The position numbers and the translations under genes are program-made. This document shows, piece after piece, positions 1-13,872 of a DNA stretch of 64,000 nt (positions within the stretch are counted from its first letter, which is position 1; each line of letters opens with the position of its first letter). The stretch lies in contig NC_043001.1 in NCBI RefSeq assembly GCF_006345805.1, forward strand, positions 98,208,001 through 98,272,000, given 5' to 3'. This DNA is from Octopus sinensis. Taxonomy: Eukaryota. The notes below the pieces were generated by a model. That model did not search any database. It saw only the letters and a program-made list of their open reading frames with translations, and was not told the origin of the DNA.

Positions 1-1672
1 TGACATACTGATATGATGTAATCAGAGGAGCCACAAAACGCTAGTCAGGGTTGCATGTTGATACGCCAAAACCTTGAGGAAATTTGCTACTGGAAGATCA
101 ACAATTTGCCAAGAAAGTTTACTTGTTTATTTCTGAAATATTAAATATATAAAATATATAAAATATATAAAATATTACGAAACTTAAATTCCAAAGGACA
201 AAAAGAAATTTAAAATTCATAATTACTTCTTCAAAATCATTGCTATTTTACAATGTAACATTTGTATCTTGTATAACTATAAAATATTCCGTGCAGCTGC
301 TGGAAACAAATGAAAGAAAGGAAGTCCTTCAAACATTTTAAACAATCATGAGTCTTGGTTGCCTGATTTGTATGATTAATGATTAATAATGTATATTTTT
401 GATATTGAAAATAATTTTTTTAAAAGGTATGGCTTTTTAAAAAAATTTGTGTTGCAGAAATTTTATGTTGTATTTCATATTATATTAAATTCGAAGAGAT
501 ATGAGATCTGACACAAATCATTTTATTTTGAAAAGCTGGCCGAACTATAAATGTAGTTTTGCTTGGATTTGAATATGTTATTGCAATACTACCTTAGATC
601 AGAGAAAACTTGTTACCACGACAGCATATGAGAGAATATTCAAATCATTCAAATAAGTTGGATACACATTTCTGCTTGTAACTGCTGACGCAAGTTTATA
701 ACACAAGATTGTTATTGGAGCACAAATAAAATTGGTTGAAAACATGATAAATTTGAGAACAATGCGTCTGCAGTTGAATTAGATTTTTAATTTGATTTCT
801 AAAGTCTTTAGGAAATAGGAAAATCAAAACCTCCCATTTTAAAAGCATTGAATTAAAACATAATTAATAGCTTTCAACAATATGGATGTTGGATGTGAAT
901 GAAGTGCACTTTCTAAAGTTACATTTTCTCTATTGTCAAATCACAGTGAAAAGCAAGACGAGCGTCTTCTTCAAGACATTATGTTATGCTAATGGAAGAA
1001 AACATATGCAGAGCAATGAGCTATTTCTATGTCGTTCACTTATATTTGTTTTTTCTTTTGTTTTTTCAAATGAGCCCTATGTAATATAAGTATAAAAATA
1101 CAATCGTCAAATTTCTCGAGATAACTAATTTTTATTGTTCTGTTGTTTTCTCATTTCAGTTGTAAATATATTTAACAAATATATTTAACATTCTGAGATC
1201 AAATCTGATGCCATGATGTCAAAATTGAAAATAAATGCAGAAAGCTGCAGAGCTGAAATTCAAACGTTCTGTGACATTTTGTAATTATTCAAAGTAAGAT
1301 TATTTTCTTACTTTCTGTTCTTATTTTCTGTTAAGAAAACTGAGTTTGATTTGAGTGAAACTTTATTACATTTACTGCCTGTTTCATGGAAATGACTTAA
1401 TTTTCCAAGAATGAAGAGTTTCGGCTTTCTGACACTGTCAATTTTCCTTTAGGGAAAAGATCGCATGAATTATATGCAAGCAATCGCCACAACGTTCAAA
1501 GTTTCTTCTCTGTTGGATCAGAGTCTTCGTCTAGAACAAAAAGTCGAAATGTGCAGGGGCATTCATCAACATTTGTATACACCAAATCTTATTTATGTTC
1601 ACTTATAACTCTTCCTTCTGTAGACTTCACTTCAATCCTCTGCAAAATTTTGCTCACAAATAACCCAAATTC

Positions 1673-2114
1673 TTGATTCTTGGTCTCAAGAATTTGTCTT
1701 ATGAAGAAAGACTGAAGACGCTCGACCTTTATTCTCTAGAAAAACGACGACGCCGTGGTGATCTCATTCTTGCTCACAACATCATAAGTGGAAAGTGTAA
1801 CCTCTCGAAAGAGCTGTTCTTCACTCCTGCTCCAGAGCGTCGGCTGCGGGGTCATTCCGAAAAGCTCTGTCTGCGACGATTTCATCTCAATCGAAGGAGA
1901 GGGGCTTTCTCCGTCCGGGTTGCGGATCCGTGGAATAAGCTGCCGGGCGAGATGGTGACGATGTCGACGACCGCTCGGTTCAAAGTCTCCCTTGACCACA
2001 AGTGGCCTGAACTCTTTACATGAACACCACCCTGTACATAACTCCATGTCCCCCTACATGGCCTTGCTTTTTGCTTTTTGAGCCAAAAAATTAACTAACT
2101 AACTGACTAACTAA
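1673..2114 (+). mobile_element. 5'-truncated CR1-clade LINE: ORF2 C-terminus, 3' UTR and (TAAC)n tail
   Basis: ORF 1673-2023 reads GLKNLSYEERLKTLDLYSLEKRRRRGDLI...FSVRVADPWNKLP, the typical CR1/L2 ORF2 C-terminal motif; ends in ttaactaactaactgactaactaa (2091-2114). Confidence 0.9.
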
Positions 2115-2689
2115 ATATTCAAACACTATTCCTACCAATTCTGTAAATAGAGACCACGTAAACATCCTTTAATGGAATCGCGATGAAATACGCACTTTCA
2201 ATTGCACAAAGAGAATATATGCAAACATATAACACAAACTGTACTGCGCTATAACAACCATGACCATAACAAAACAAACACGACCAAATTCACTAACAAT
2301 ATAAGGCCATAGGTCTCAGTTAATCTATTATGACGATTTCATGTATTTCCAAAGCCATATTACAAAGAAACGTTTTCAACTACAAGATTAGAATGTATTT
2401 AAAAATTCATCGATTTCTAACGCTTTTCAGTACTCAAATGCAAATTAGATACATGACACAGGTCATACTGATATATTAACTTCCTAAGTATTAGTATAAC
2501 ATCGTGTTCTAGAATTAGGTTATGCTCCCAAAAGGATATTAAGATATAATGATTACGTATTGTATAAGATCAATACATAAATAATTTTTTCCAGACAAGA
2601 ACTAATCCAAACGAAGCAACGAGGCAGCCTGTATTTGTGCTTCACAGCAGGCTTCGTTATGAGATTTTTCTAAGACCAATATTCTATAT

Positions 2690-2698
2690 ATATGTGTT

Positions 2699-2730
<32 letters not shown>

Positions 2731-2880
2731 ACTGTGTGTAAATGATATGTTTACGAGAAAAAAAATACCATACACAAATACGCAAACTTTCTCCATGTCT
2801 CTGTCTCTCCCTCAAACTGTTTCTCCGTATATTTATATAAACATCGATCCATAAGCATACATATATACATATATATGTAT

Positions 2881-2925
<45 letters not shown>

Positions 2926-3020
2926 GCACATCCATATGTATATATATCTACATGAATACATATTTGTATGTATGCATGTATATATATATGTATGTATATA
3001 TGTATGTATGTACGTATTAT
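2690..3020. repeat. (TG)n and (TA)n microsatellites
   Basis: Directly visible dinucleotide runs. Confidence 0.95.
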
Positions 3021-3102
3021 AAATTTCATTTTTATACTATATGCTTAATTGTTGTTTTATTCACTTCTTATTTAAGTTTCGCACATAAATTCTCCTGATT
3101 GC

Positions 3103-3137
3103 AAATAATAATAATAATGATTATAATAATAATAACA

Positions 3138-3200
<63 letters not shown>

Positions 3201-3248
3201 GTAATAATGACGACAACAGCATCGTCATCAACAACAACAACAACAACC

Positions 3249-3302
<54 letters not shown>
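3103..3302. repeat. (AAT)n microsatellite with (AAC)n interruption
   Basis: Directly visible. Confidence 0.95.
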
Positions 3303-3303
<1 letters not shown>

Positions 3304-3585
3304 TACAAAACTGTTGATATTGCAAGCAGTGAGGTACATTAAAGATTAATGATGGTTATGTTTCCTTCTGATTCTAACACCATTAATCATTTTCAGATCT
3401 CATATCTTTTACATGGAACTGTCTTGCCTGTTTTATAACCAGATGAGGTAAAAATAAAAAAAAAGGATGTGATCATATAAAAAATTGTTTGTTTCTTAGA
3501 TTTTCGGTACTTTGTATGAATGACTAATGTTGTATCCTGAGTAATGGCCCTAAACGTTTACAGGAAGATTTTTATTATTATATAT

Positions 3586-3627
<42 letters not shown>

Positions 3628-4199
3628 TATACATATATATATGTATGTATTATGTGTATATATGAACTGATATTATCTCATCCTTCATATAACCCAGCAG
3701 TTTAGATCTAATGCATGATTTATCATGAGCAGTTTACATTTTTTATTGTGTTCACCGATATTGACACGGATCCCGGGAGATACAGTTTTTACTATCAAGG
3801 CCAGTCTTCCCTTATCTATCTGTTATACTTCTCTCTAAATACATGATGCATTAACTTTGTTTCTATGTAATTAAGCGGTTCTCATTATTTAAAAATTCTT
3901 CGCTTGGCCAAAGGCACTACTGTTTTGAGTAAAAGTCGTACCATTGCGTGGAGGCTTAGGGAAGTTTTTTCTACTATAACCTCGAGCTGACTTGCACGTG
4001 GACTTGGTGGATGGAAACTGAAAGAAGACTGTTATATATATATAGCCGAAATTGCGAGGTTCATCCGGTTCTTGACTGGGGATAAAAGGCTTCGAATGAC
4101 CCGTTCTTGTTTTTTTGTATCGTCTATCTGGATGTTTTGTTGTCCCTTTGTGTATCACCTAGTTGTCCGGATGTTTTGCGTTCCTGCCCCATTTTGTAT

Positions 4200-4243
<44 letters not shown>

Positions 4244-4815
4244 TATACATATATATATGTATGTATTATGTGTATATATGAACTGATATTATCTCATCCT
4301 TCATATAACCCAGCAGTTTAGATCTAATGCATGATTTATCATGAGCAGTTTACATTTTTTATTGTGTTCACCGATATTGACACGGATCCCGGGAGATACA
4401 GTTTTTACTATCAAGGCCAGTCTTCCCTTATCTATCTGTTATACTTCTCTCTAAATACATGATGCATTAACTTTGTTTCTATGTAATTAAGCGGTTCTCA
4501 TTATTTAAAAATTCTTCGCTTGGCCAAAGGCACTACTGTTTTGAGTAAAAGTCGTACCATTGCGTGGAGGCTTAGGGAAGTTTTTTCTACTATAACCTCG
4601 AGCTGACTTGCACGTGGACTTGGTGGATGGAAACTGAAAGAAGACTGTTATATATATATAGCCGAAATTGCGAGGTTCATCCGGTTCTTGACTGGGGATA
4701 AAAGGCTTCGAATGACCCGTTCTTGTTTTTTTGTATCGTCTATCTGGATGTTTTGTTGTCCCTTTGTGTATCACCTAGTTGTCCGGATGTTTTGCGTTCC
4801 TGCCCCATTTTGTAT

Positions 4816-4859
<44 letters not shown>

Positions 4860-5431
4860 TATACATATATATATGTATGTATTATGTGTATATATGAACT
4901 GATATTATCTCATCCTTCATATAACCCAGCAGTTTAGATCTAATGCATGATTTATCATGAGCAGTTTACATTTTTTATTGTGTTCACCGATATTGACACG
5001 GATCCCGGGAGATACAGTTTTTACTATCAAGGCCAGTCTTCCCTTATCTATCTGTTATACTTCTCTCTAAATACATGATGCATTAACTTTGTTTCTATGT
5101 AATTAAGCGGTTCTCATTATTTAAAAATTCTTCGCTTGGCCAAAGGCACTACTGTTTTGAGTAAAAGTCGTACCATTGCGTGGAGGCTTAGGGAAGTTTT
5201 TTCTACTATAACCTCGAGCTGACTTGCACGTGGACTTGGTGGATGGAAACTGAAAGAAGACTGTTATATATATATAGCCGAAATTGCGAGGTTCATCCGG
5301 TTCTTGACTGGGGATAAAAGGCTTCGAATGACCCGTTCTTGTTTTTTTGTATCGTCTATCTGGATGTTTTGTTGTCCCTTTGTGTATCACCTAGTTGTCC
5401 GGATGTTTTGCGTTCCTGCCCCATTTTGTAT

Positions 5432-5495
<64 letters not shown>
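3586..5495. repeat. Tandem triplication of a 616-bp unit: (TA)n, unique AT-rich DNA, decayed SINE core and Penelope-like fragment
   Basis: Identical ORFs recur at 3889/4505/5121 and 4072/4688/5304 (period exactly 616); I see no differences between units outside the terminal TA runs. Confidence 0.95.
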
Positions 5496-5499
<4 letters not shown>

Positions 5500-5760
5500 T
5501 TAAATAATGAGGTTGATAAATTGAATATTGATTTAATTAACAACAATTTAAAACCAGTAGCTTAGCATATAGGAAAATCTGAAAATTCAGAAAAATTATA
5601 TTACATGCATATAAGAAGGGATGACCACTAAGTACACATCCAATATGCTAGAAGTAGATCAACTACGATCTAACCACAAGGAAAAGAATGTTCTCTAGAA
5701 AAATTCAGCAAACACCAGACCATAAGCGGGTAAGGCAACTCGTATATAGTTCTACTTATA

Positions 5761-5807
<47 letters not shown>

Positions 5808-5811
<4 letters not shown>

Positions 5812-6040
5812 AATCTAATGCTCTTAGCTTAGTTTTTCCTTGGGGCTGGCCAGACTGGAGCAATCTCAAGATTAATCAGCCGAAATTGCGGGGATGATCC
5901 GGTTCTTGACTGAAGATAAAAGGCTTCGAATGACCCGTCCTTGTTTTTCTGTATCGTCTATCTGGAGGTTTTGTTTCCCTTTTTGTATCACCTATTTGTC
6001 CGGATGTTTTGCATTCTTGTCCCATTTTGTATTTTATTTT
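5808..6040 (+). mobile_element. Dispersed repeat fragment, probably a Penelope-like (PLE) terminal sequence
   Basis: Same ccgaaattgcg...cttcgaatgacccg...atccggatgtttt sequence occurs in each 616-bp unit and, reversed, at 17095-17400 and 31595-31752. PLE assignment is inference. Confidence 0.55.
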
Positions 6041-6059
6041 ATATATATATATATATATA

Positions 6060-7322
6060 AAGAAAACAGAAAATGGAGATGAACAGCAATTGATTTGCAT
6101 CAATTATTCCTTATTAATAATTTACAAAAATACTGCATCCCATCTAACAGCTGTTTCTGCTGCCAGTGTTCTTCGAAATTACCACTATGGTGGTAAGAGA
6201 ATATTTATCATAGGTGGTAATAAAACCGATTTTAAGAGTAGAAAATAAATAAATAAATAAAAAGAAGAGACCACAAAAGAGGAAGGAAATGTTGAATATG
6301 TTGAGAGTCATGTCACGTTGCGTGTAGAGCCATTTGACGATAAGTAAATGACCAAAACCTAAAATAAAGGGGGTATCTGGTGTGATATTTCTATGTACGG
6401 AGGGAGATTGGTTAGGAAAATCATAACTATTTACGCAAACAGGATAGGTTAAAGGAGGAGTAAAAATACAATAAAGCGTCAGTAATCATAATTATGTTTA
6501 TAGTTCTAAGTTCTAGTATTCATCACAATAAATGGTTATCTATTGTCCTATGTAGGTAGACCAGGAGCTACCACCAGATATAATTTGTCAGTTAGGAATT
6601 AAAAAATAAAACTGGCTATTATTAAACCGTTTTTCTCCGAGATAAAATAAATGAATGATATATGCTATAAGGCGCCCGAAGTCAATATAAAAACAATATA
6701 AAATATAAAAATATAAATAAAATAAAATAAGACAAACAAAATAATAATAATAAATTTTCAGTTGTACATTTAGGAATCTTGATGGTTAAGGGGAGAAGGG
6801 GCCTAAATCCATTTAAGTCAATAAAATAAAAATATAAAAATAACAATAACACTTTTCTGGTTGGTCATTTAGAAGGGGATTGTTAAGGGGAGATAATAAA
6901 TGGATTAACAAGTGGTCTGAAAGCTATGCCAAGTTGGACATTTATGCAGCCACCAATCAATGCCTTGATTAATCAGTCAGTCCACCAAATCAGTGAACTA
7001 ATTAATTAATCACAGAATTTATTGAGTAAACAATCGATTAATCAGTCAGCCAACCGATCAGTTAAATAAGTTGCAATATATAGATCAGTGTTTAATAAAT
7101 TGTTAAGTAAATAAGTATAAATTGATACACTTGCAAAAATATGCATACAGATGCAAAATATGTTCACACATACACAAATAAAAACACACATACACACACA
7201 TACGTATGCATTGGCAGCAGAAACAGCTGTTAGAAGGGATGCAGTCTTTTTGTAAACTATTAATAAATAATTAATGCTAATCAATTGTTGTTCATCAATG
7301 TTATCTTCATTTTGTTTCCTTT
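6060..7322. mobile_element. Element bounded by diverged inverted repeats of about 110 bp (6060-6165 / 7212-7322) carrying a degenerate hammerhead-like motif; PLE-like
   Basis: Arms are reverse complements (...ctgcatcccatctaacagctgtttctgctgcca vs tggcagcagaaacagctgttagaagggatgcag...); GAAAC-AGCT-GTT palindromic helix III motif in both arms. Confidence 0.65.
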
Positions 7323-7483
7323 AAATTTTAATTTCTGGTAAAACTCCTGTTTATCCTTGGTTTTACCTGTAATGTATAACCATAACATTTTTGCCCATGT
7401 TTAAAGATATAGGTAATACACCGGTAGTATTTTGGATACATTTATCCCTTAGACAGTTATTTTAATCTCTAACTCAATTAAAC

Positions 7484-7808
7484 AGGAGTAGCTGCGTGGT
7501 AAGAAGCTTCCTTAAATACCACATGGTTCTGGGTTCAGTCTTACTGGGTGTCACTTTGGGAAGTGTCTTCTACTATAGCCTCAGGCCAACCAAAGCCTTG
7601 TGAGTGGACTTGGTAGACGGGAGCTGAAAGAAGCCCGTTGTATCTGTGTGTGTGTGTTAGGGTGTCTGTATTTGACACCCCACTATCGCTTGACAACCAA
7701 TGTTGCTGTGTTTACGTCCCCGTAACTTAGAGGTTCTGCAAAAGAGACTGATATAAGTGTTAGGCTTAGAAAGAATAAGTCCTGGGGTCGATTTCTTCGA
7801 CTAAAGGC
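7484..7808 (+). mobile_element. tRNA-derived SINE, family A (CORE-like body), diverged
   Basis: Head ggagtagctgcgtggtaag...gggttcagtc, core ttgggaagtgtcttctactatagcc, tail gaataagtcctggggtcg; many paralogues in the window. Confidence 0.85.
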
Positions 7809-8410
7809 ATTTTTTCCGTTTTTTTTTAATTAATTATCTTTTTCTACAAGGGCGGGGAGGTGGGAAACAGTAGAAGAACATAAAGCGACAGTAGATATGC
7901 CCTTCACACGGGACCCCAAATGGCCTCCGCAGATAGCTGTGGAGGTCATAAGGATTTGGGGAGGAGTGTCGCATATGGCTTTAAACGATTTACATGTCTT
8001 ACATGAGTGAGGCATGGTAAATGGCAGGATATAGGAACTCAAGTGGCATTGAAGATAATGATGAATATATCGATAGATATATCGATGAGTAGGAGGTAAA
8101 AAAGCCTCGTTAGAGGGTTTGGAACATCATCTTGTTGTATTATTTGTAGTGGTTTATAACTTTAATTGTGTATTTAAAAAAAAACATGTTAAGTAAGAGG
8201 GTTTAGTGCCTCCTTCTTGTAAGAGGTTTGAAACCTCATCTTCATTTTTAAAAGCAGAAAATATGTTTTCGAGAAAAATCCAATCGGCGGGTATCGGGTT
8301 TCGTCTCTCATTTATTCATTTTATTCCATTTTCATTCTTTAATATGTTTGTCCAGCCCGCAAAGCTACGCAACATTTGTACTGGCTATATGACAAATTTT
8401 ATAAAATAAA

Positions 8411-8820
8411 GTAGCTTGCTTACCAACCACATGGTTCCAGGTTCAGTCCCACTGTGTGGCACCTTGGGCAAGTGTCTTCTGCTATAACCTCGGGCCGACC
8501 AAAGCCTTGTGAGTGGATTTGGTAGACGGAAACTGAAAGAAGCCCGTCGTATATATTTACATGCTTATATATATATGTGTGTGTGTGTGTGAGTGTGTGT
8601 GTGTGTGTATGTGTGTGTGTCTGCGTTTGTCCCCCCAACATCGCTTGACAACCGATGCTGATGTGTTTACGTCCCCGTAACTTAGCAGTTCGGCAAGACA
8701 CCGATAGAATAAGTACTAGGCTTACAAAGAATAAGTCCTGGGATCGATTTGCTCGACTAAACGCGGTGCTCCAGCATGGCCACATTCAAATAACTGAAAC
8801 AAGTAAATGAATAAAAGACT
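8411..8820 (+). mobile_element. SINE family A, nearly full length
   Basis: ggttccaggttcagtcccactgtgtggcaccttgggcaagtgtcttc...gaaacaagtaaa. Confidence 0.9.
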
Positions 8821-10395
8821 AAAAGAATGTATGCATGTATATGTATGCATATATATATACGTGTGTGCGTGTGCGCGCATTCATACATATATGCTTTTCT
8901 AATTCTTTTTCCTTCAATAATTTTCAATACTTTTCCCTGTAATTTACAGTTCCTTAAATCTAAAATTCTTTACTACTTCCATATCAATTTCAGTATTTTC
9001 AGAGAGAGTTACTCTGCAGTGAGAATTAAACGATATCATAACCAAGGAATGGGAAATATCTATAATTGTTCTCTTAAAACCGATGATTGGCCAAAACAGA
9101 GAATAATACAGAACGATTTGTTTGATTTGTGTTAAAATTTTTAGACGCCGATGATAGACATTTTTTTGCGCGTGGTTGATTTAGATTACGCTTGTATAGA
9201 TTTGCAATTTCGAATAGCAGTTGGAGTTCAAGAAGTAGATATATTTATTGCATTATCATTTACTTGTCGGTTTTATAAGGAAGAAAATACTGAAACAAAA
9301 AGCGAATGTATGCTTGCATATCGCAGGGTATAATTTAGTTTTCTATAATAGGTGGAATCTGTCAATGAAGAAGTTATATTACATTCCGATTATGATCCAT
9401 AGTATTACTAAACTCTAAGTTCCTCCCATTTCAGATAACGAAGCCGTGACGGACGCAGCGTAGTGTAAATATGATATGTGAGAATGTAGCTTTCTGTTAA
9501 ACATATATCACAGTTTGAAGTTTCTTATGTAGTGAAGCATGAAAAATACGGCTTCTGCTGTATTTTAGTTCATTTCATTTTATTATTCTCTTTATTTTCA
9601 ATAATAATATCTAAAATATACTTTCTAAGTCTATAATTCAGCTAAGATACCATATTATTCTGGTGTGTGTGTATATGTGTATACATACATACACACACAC
9701 ACATACACACACACACACACACACATACACACACATACACACACATATTAGAATTTTACAATATAGTTTATAGATTTGTATGTCAGAGATATCCACCATA
9801 TTCTAGCAAGCTGATCAATAATTGAAAACAATATTATTTTATATTGCTAAATAAAAATACCGATTGTTTATCACTCGTGATCAGATGCGATCTTTCCTTG
9901 AGGGTTAAGAAGCAATTCTTCACAGCTATCGATCAAAGATCAACCCATATCGATTCCCTAACAGCTGGAGTCTATTTTATTAAGTCTGAAAAACAAATAA
10001 AACTAAGATTAACGGTCGCTTGAGATGTTAGAATGACGGTGTCTTAGTTGAAAGTTTAACGGTTCATATCTTGTCACTTTTATCCATGTTCGGAGCATAT
10101 TTATCTATATTGAGGGAGAGAAAGATACTAACAGTTATGTCTATGTTGGAGACCATTATTTCGACCTGATACCAAAAAAGCAGTAACAATTCGAAATAAT
10201 GGCTTTTAACATAAGCACAAATCTACCACTTTGAGAAGTGATAGTCAATTAAATTGACTGTAGATCTTGATTGTAGTTCTTAATTCTATTAACCGTGAAA
10301 GACTCGAAAACAAAATGGACCTAAACGTAGAGAGAAAAATCGCCAGACATTTTGTTCTACACACGGATAGAAACAAAGTGCTCAGATAATTGAAT

Positions 10396-10814
10396 TTACT
10401 CTTTTACTCTTTTACTCTTTTACTTGTTTCAGTCGTTTGACTGCGGCCATGCTGGAGCGCCGCCTTTCGTCGAGCAAATCGATCCCAGGACTTATTCTTT
10501 GTGAGCCGAGTACTTATTCTATCGGGATCTTTTGCCGAACTGCTATGTTACAGGGACGTAAACACACTAGCATCGGTTGTCAAGCGATGTTGGAGGGGGG
10601 ACAGAGACACACACATATACACACACATACATATACATATGTACATATATACGACGAGCTTCTTTCAGTTTCCGTCAACCAAATCCACTCACAAGGCTTT
10701 GGTTGGCCCGAGGCTATAGTAGAAGACACCTGCCCGAGGTGCCACGCAGTGGGAATGAACCCGGAACCATGTGGTTGGTAAGCAAGCTACTTACGACACA
10801 GCCACTCCTGCACC
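10396..10814 (-). mobile_element. SINE family A, full length with (AAAAGAGT)n tail
   Basis: Reverse complement of the family A consensus from ggtgcaggagtggctg to the tail repeat. Confidence 0.9.
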
Positions 10815-11145
10815 TATTAGTGCAATTTAAGAATGTGCATCAATTTACTGCACATTCTTAATCAGCACAGTGAGTTCTACTGAAGCAAAGATATTATTGA
10901 TAAGTTTTGGTCTACTTTCGTACTGTGAAGTTAGTTTTTTTTTAAATACATAAGAAGATGCCATTAGAACAAATCTTACCTATTATTTATCCATCATTAA
11001 TGTATGGCGTACATCAGCAAATATTATTAAAATCAAATTTTTGCTGGAACGCTTAGGTTGTGAGGCAAAATAGCTATTAAAACAATTAATTAATAAGGAT
11101 GACAAATATAGCTTTCTACATTTAAATTTACATTTAACTTTACAA

Positions 11146-11410
11146 GGCGGAGGAGTGGCTGTATGGTAATGTAGCTTGCTTACGAACAACATGGCTCCGG
11201 GTTCAGTCCCACTACGTGGCACCTTGGGCCAGTTACTATAACCTCGGGCCGACCAAAGCCTTGTGAGTGGATTTGGTAGACGGAAACTGAAATAATCCCG
11301 TCGTACATGTGTGTGTGTGTTTGTCCCCAACATCACTTGACAACAGACGTTAGTGTGCTTACGTATCCCGTAAATTGGCGGTTCAGCAAAATAAGTGCTA
11401 GGCTTACAAA
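11146..11410 (+). mobile_element. SINE family A, 3'-truncated with internal deletion
   Basis: ggcggaggagtggctgtatggtaa...gcaaaataagtgctaggcttacaaa. Confidence 0.85.
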
Positions 11411-11520
11411 TAATTGAACAGTATGACGCATTCTTCTCTTGTGTTTGTAAATTCTTTAAAACGTTTCGATTTTACCATATATATATATATATGTTGTTAT
11501 ACATATATATTTTACCATAT

Positions 11521-11743
11521 ATATGTGTGTGTGTGTGTATGTTTGTGTGTCTGTGTTTGTCCCCCAACATCGCTTGACAACCGATGCTGGTGAGTTTACG
11601 TCCCCGTAACTTAGCGGTTCAGCAAAAGAGACGGATAGAATAAGTACTAGGCTTACAAAGAATAAATCCTGGGGTCGATTTGCGCGAGTAAAGGCGGTGC
11701 TCCAGCATGGCCACAGTCACATGACTAAAACAAGTAAAAGAGT
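11521..11743 (+). mobile_element. SINE family A, 3' half
   Basis: tgtttgtcccccaacatcgcttgacaaccg...aaacaagtaaaagag. Confidence 0.85.
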
Positions 11744-12266
11744 GTACTTCTACAATAAATGTAAGCTGATTTATAAAACACACTGTATCTACTTTCAGAG
11801 TATTTTCTAAATACTTGCCTCTTATTATCTAACGACAGATACAAAGCCGTTAAGGGAAGTTACATTACCTGAACGGAACTTTAAGAAATTCCATTTTTCC
11901 ACCAAAAACACCTGTTTCTATTTGAAATTTTCATTGCAAACATATTGAAAATGAATGAAATTTTATTGATTTTCGTGTAAAATATTTTACAGATATTTTT
12001 ATTTTTTATTGTGTTCTTATGTTTATTTGTGTTATCCAATATTTGCCATCATAATCATCTTCGTCGTCATCATTGTCATCATTACTGCACTTACTATTAT
12101 TTCTAAGCTTTGTTTCTTAAAGGTCTGTTGTACACTCCTATTCTTAAAGGTCTGTTGTACACACCCTATTCTATCATCATCGTCGTCATCGTCATCATCA
12201 TCATCATCATCATCATTATTATTATTATTAATATTATTATTATTATTATTATTACTATTATTATTA

Positions 12267-12328
<62 letters not shown>

Positions 12329-12429
12329 CATCATCATCATTGTTATCATTATTCTGGCAGTGAGCTGGCAGAACTGTTAGCACGCCAGGCGAAATATTTA
12401 ACGGTATTTCGTTAAATATTTAACTACGT

Positions 12430-12562
12430 TAAACTTACAAATTACAATTTTCTCAAAAAAGCCAAGTGAAAATGATATTTTCTTTTCACACATTCTACCA
12501 GTATACGAAGTTTCAAATTGTTTAGTTAACTAGAAATTCCGTCCATCAAAAGGAAAAGATCC
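12430..12562 (+). mobile_element. 3' fragment of the GGATC-terminal MITE family (compare 21979-22416)
   Basis: acaattttctc...aagccaag...acacattctaccagtatacgaagttt...gaaaagatcc matches 22290-22416. Confidence 0.7.
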
Positions 12563-12618
12563 TAATCGACTAGTCGACTCTCCTCAAATTTGTTGCCTTG
12601 TGCCTCCAGTAGAAAGGA

Positions 12619-12682
<64 letters not shown>

Positions 12683-12699
12683 TATTATTATCATTATTA

Positions 12700-12831
12700 T
12701 TCTATGTTTGAATTTTGCTTTACATTTGTACAAGTTGGCTCCAAGTCTCACCCAGAGACCTCAAGAGACAAGTTGGAAGTTCATGTTGGTGTTATGCTTA
12801 GTGTGCCATATATTTGGTTTTGCACATAGTG

Positions 12832-12835
<4 letters not shown>
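12700..12835 (-). mobile_element. Probable 3' UTR end of an R4/Dong-type LINE embedded in (AAT)n
   Basis: Minus strand ...ctcttgaggtctctgggtgagacttggagccaacttgtacaaatg... runs into (AAT)n on both sides; family assignment is inference from context. Confidence 0.4.
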
Positions 12836-12880
<45 letters not shown>

Positions 12881-12888
12881 TATTATTA

Positions 12889-12956
<68 letters not shown>

Positions 12957-12957
12957 A

Positions 12958-13170
12958 AGGCCGTGAGCTGGCAGAAGCGTTAGCACGCCGGGTGAAACAC
13001 TTAGCAACATTTCGTCCGTCTTTACGTTCTAAGTTCAAATTCCGTCGAGGCCGACATTGCCTTTCATCCTTCCGGGATCGTTTAAATTAGTATCACTTAC
13101 ACACTGGGGTCGATGTAATCGATTTAATCCCTTTCCCCAAAAAATTTGAAGCTGTGTGCTTCCAGCAGAA
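12958..13170 (+). mobile_element. tRNA-derived SINE, family B (Nin/Deu-like body); a head-only copy also lies at 12355-12412
   Basis: ggccgtgagctggcagaagcgttagcacgccggg...gttcaaattccgtcgagg...cctttcatccttccggg. Confidence 0.85.
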
Positions 13171-13604
13171 AGTATTATTTTTATCATTAAAGCGGCAAGC
13201 TGGTAAAAACGATCGCACACCTGCATTTTAGTCGGTTTTAATTTCTGTGTTCAAATCCAAATTACGTCATAATTATCCTCTAAAGCTAAATGCAGAAGAA
13301 TAAACGTCATTTACAAGTTGTACGGTTCTTAATGGAGAGCAAAATTCTATCTAGGTTTACATTAATTTTAAGCAAAGATACTCAGCACTTTTGAGCTTTT
13401 CAGAATTCGAGATATTCCAGTAAGTCTACTTCACTAGCCGCCCACATGCACTACCTTAAGGTAAGCGCATACAATGCGATATAACTTGGTCCTTCATTGA
13501 TTCTGGTCTTCTATACAAGAGCCAGAACGATCCGTTTTTGCTATGCCTGAAAGAACCTCTGCAAACACTATAGCATAACCCAACACAATTATTAAACAAA
13601 TATA

Positions 13605-13872
13605 GAGTGGCTATGTGGTAAGCAGCTTGCTTACCAACCACATGGTTCCGGGTTCAGTATCACTGCGTGGCACCTTGGGTAAGTTTCTTCTACTATAGCC
13701 TCGGGCCGGCCAAAACTTGTGAGTGGATTTGGTAGGCGGAAACTGAAAAAAGCCTGTCGTATATGTGTGTGTATGTTTGTCCCCCATCATCACTTGACAA
13801 CAGATGTTGGTGTGTTTACGTCCTCCGTAACTTAGCGGTTCGGCAAAATAAGTACTAGCCTTACAAAGAATA
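13605..13872 (+). mobile_element. SINE family A, 3'-truncated, same internal deletion as 11146-11410
   Basis: gagtggctatgtggtaagcagcttgc...gcaaaataagtactagccttacaaag. Confidence 0.85.

Larger units (their letters stand above)
12160..12955. repeat. (ATT)n/(ATC)n arrays interleaved with short TE fragments
   Basis: Directly visible trinucleotide runs at about 12170-12350, 12620-12700 and 12833-12955. Confidence 0.9.

Noticed and set aside
590-800. Possible hAT dimerisation-domain remnant (TVTTTAYERIFKSFK)
   Set aside because: Short, stop-riddled and weak similarity; needs TBLASTN/HMM support.
7830-8270. GC-richer block that might be a retroelement coding remnant
   Set aside because: No recognisable motif in any frame; left unassigned.
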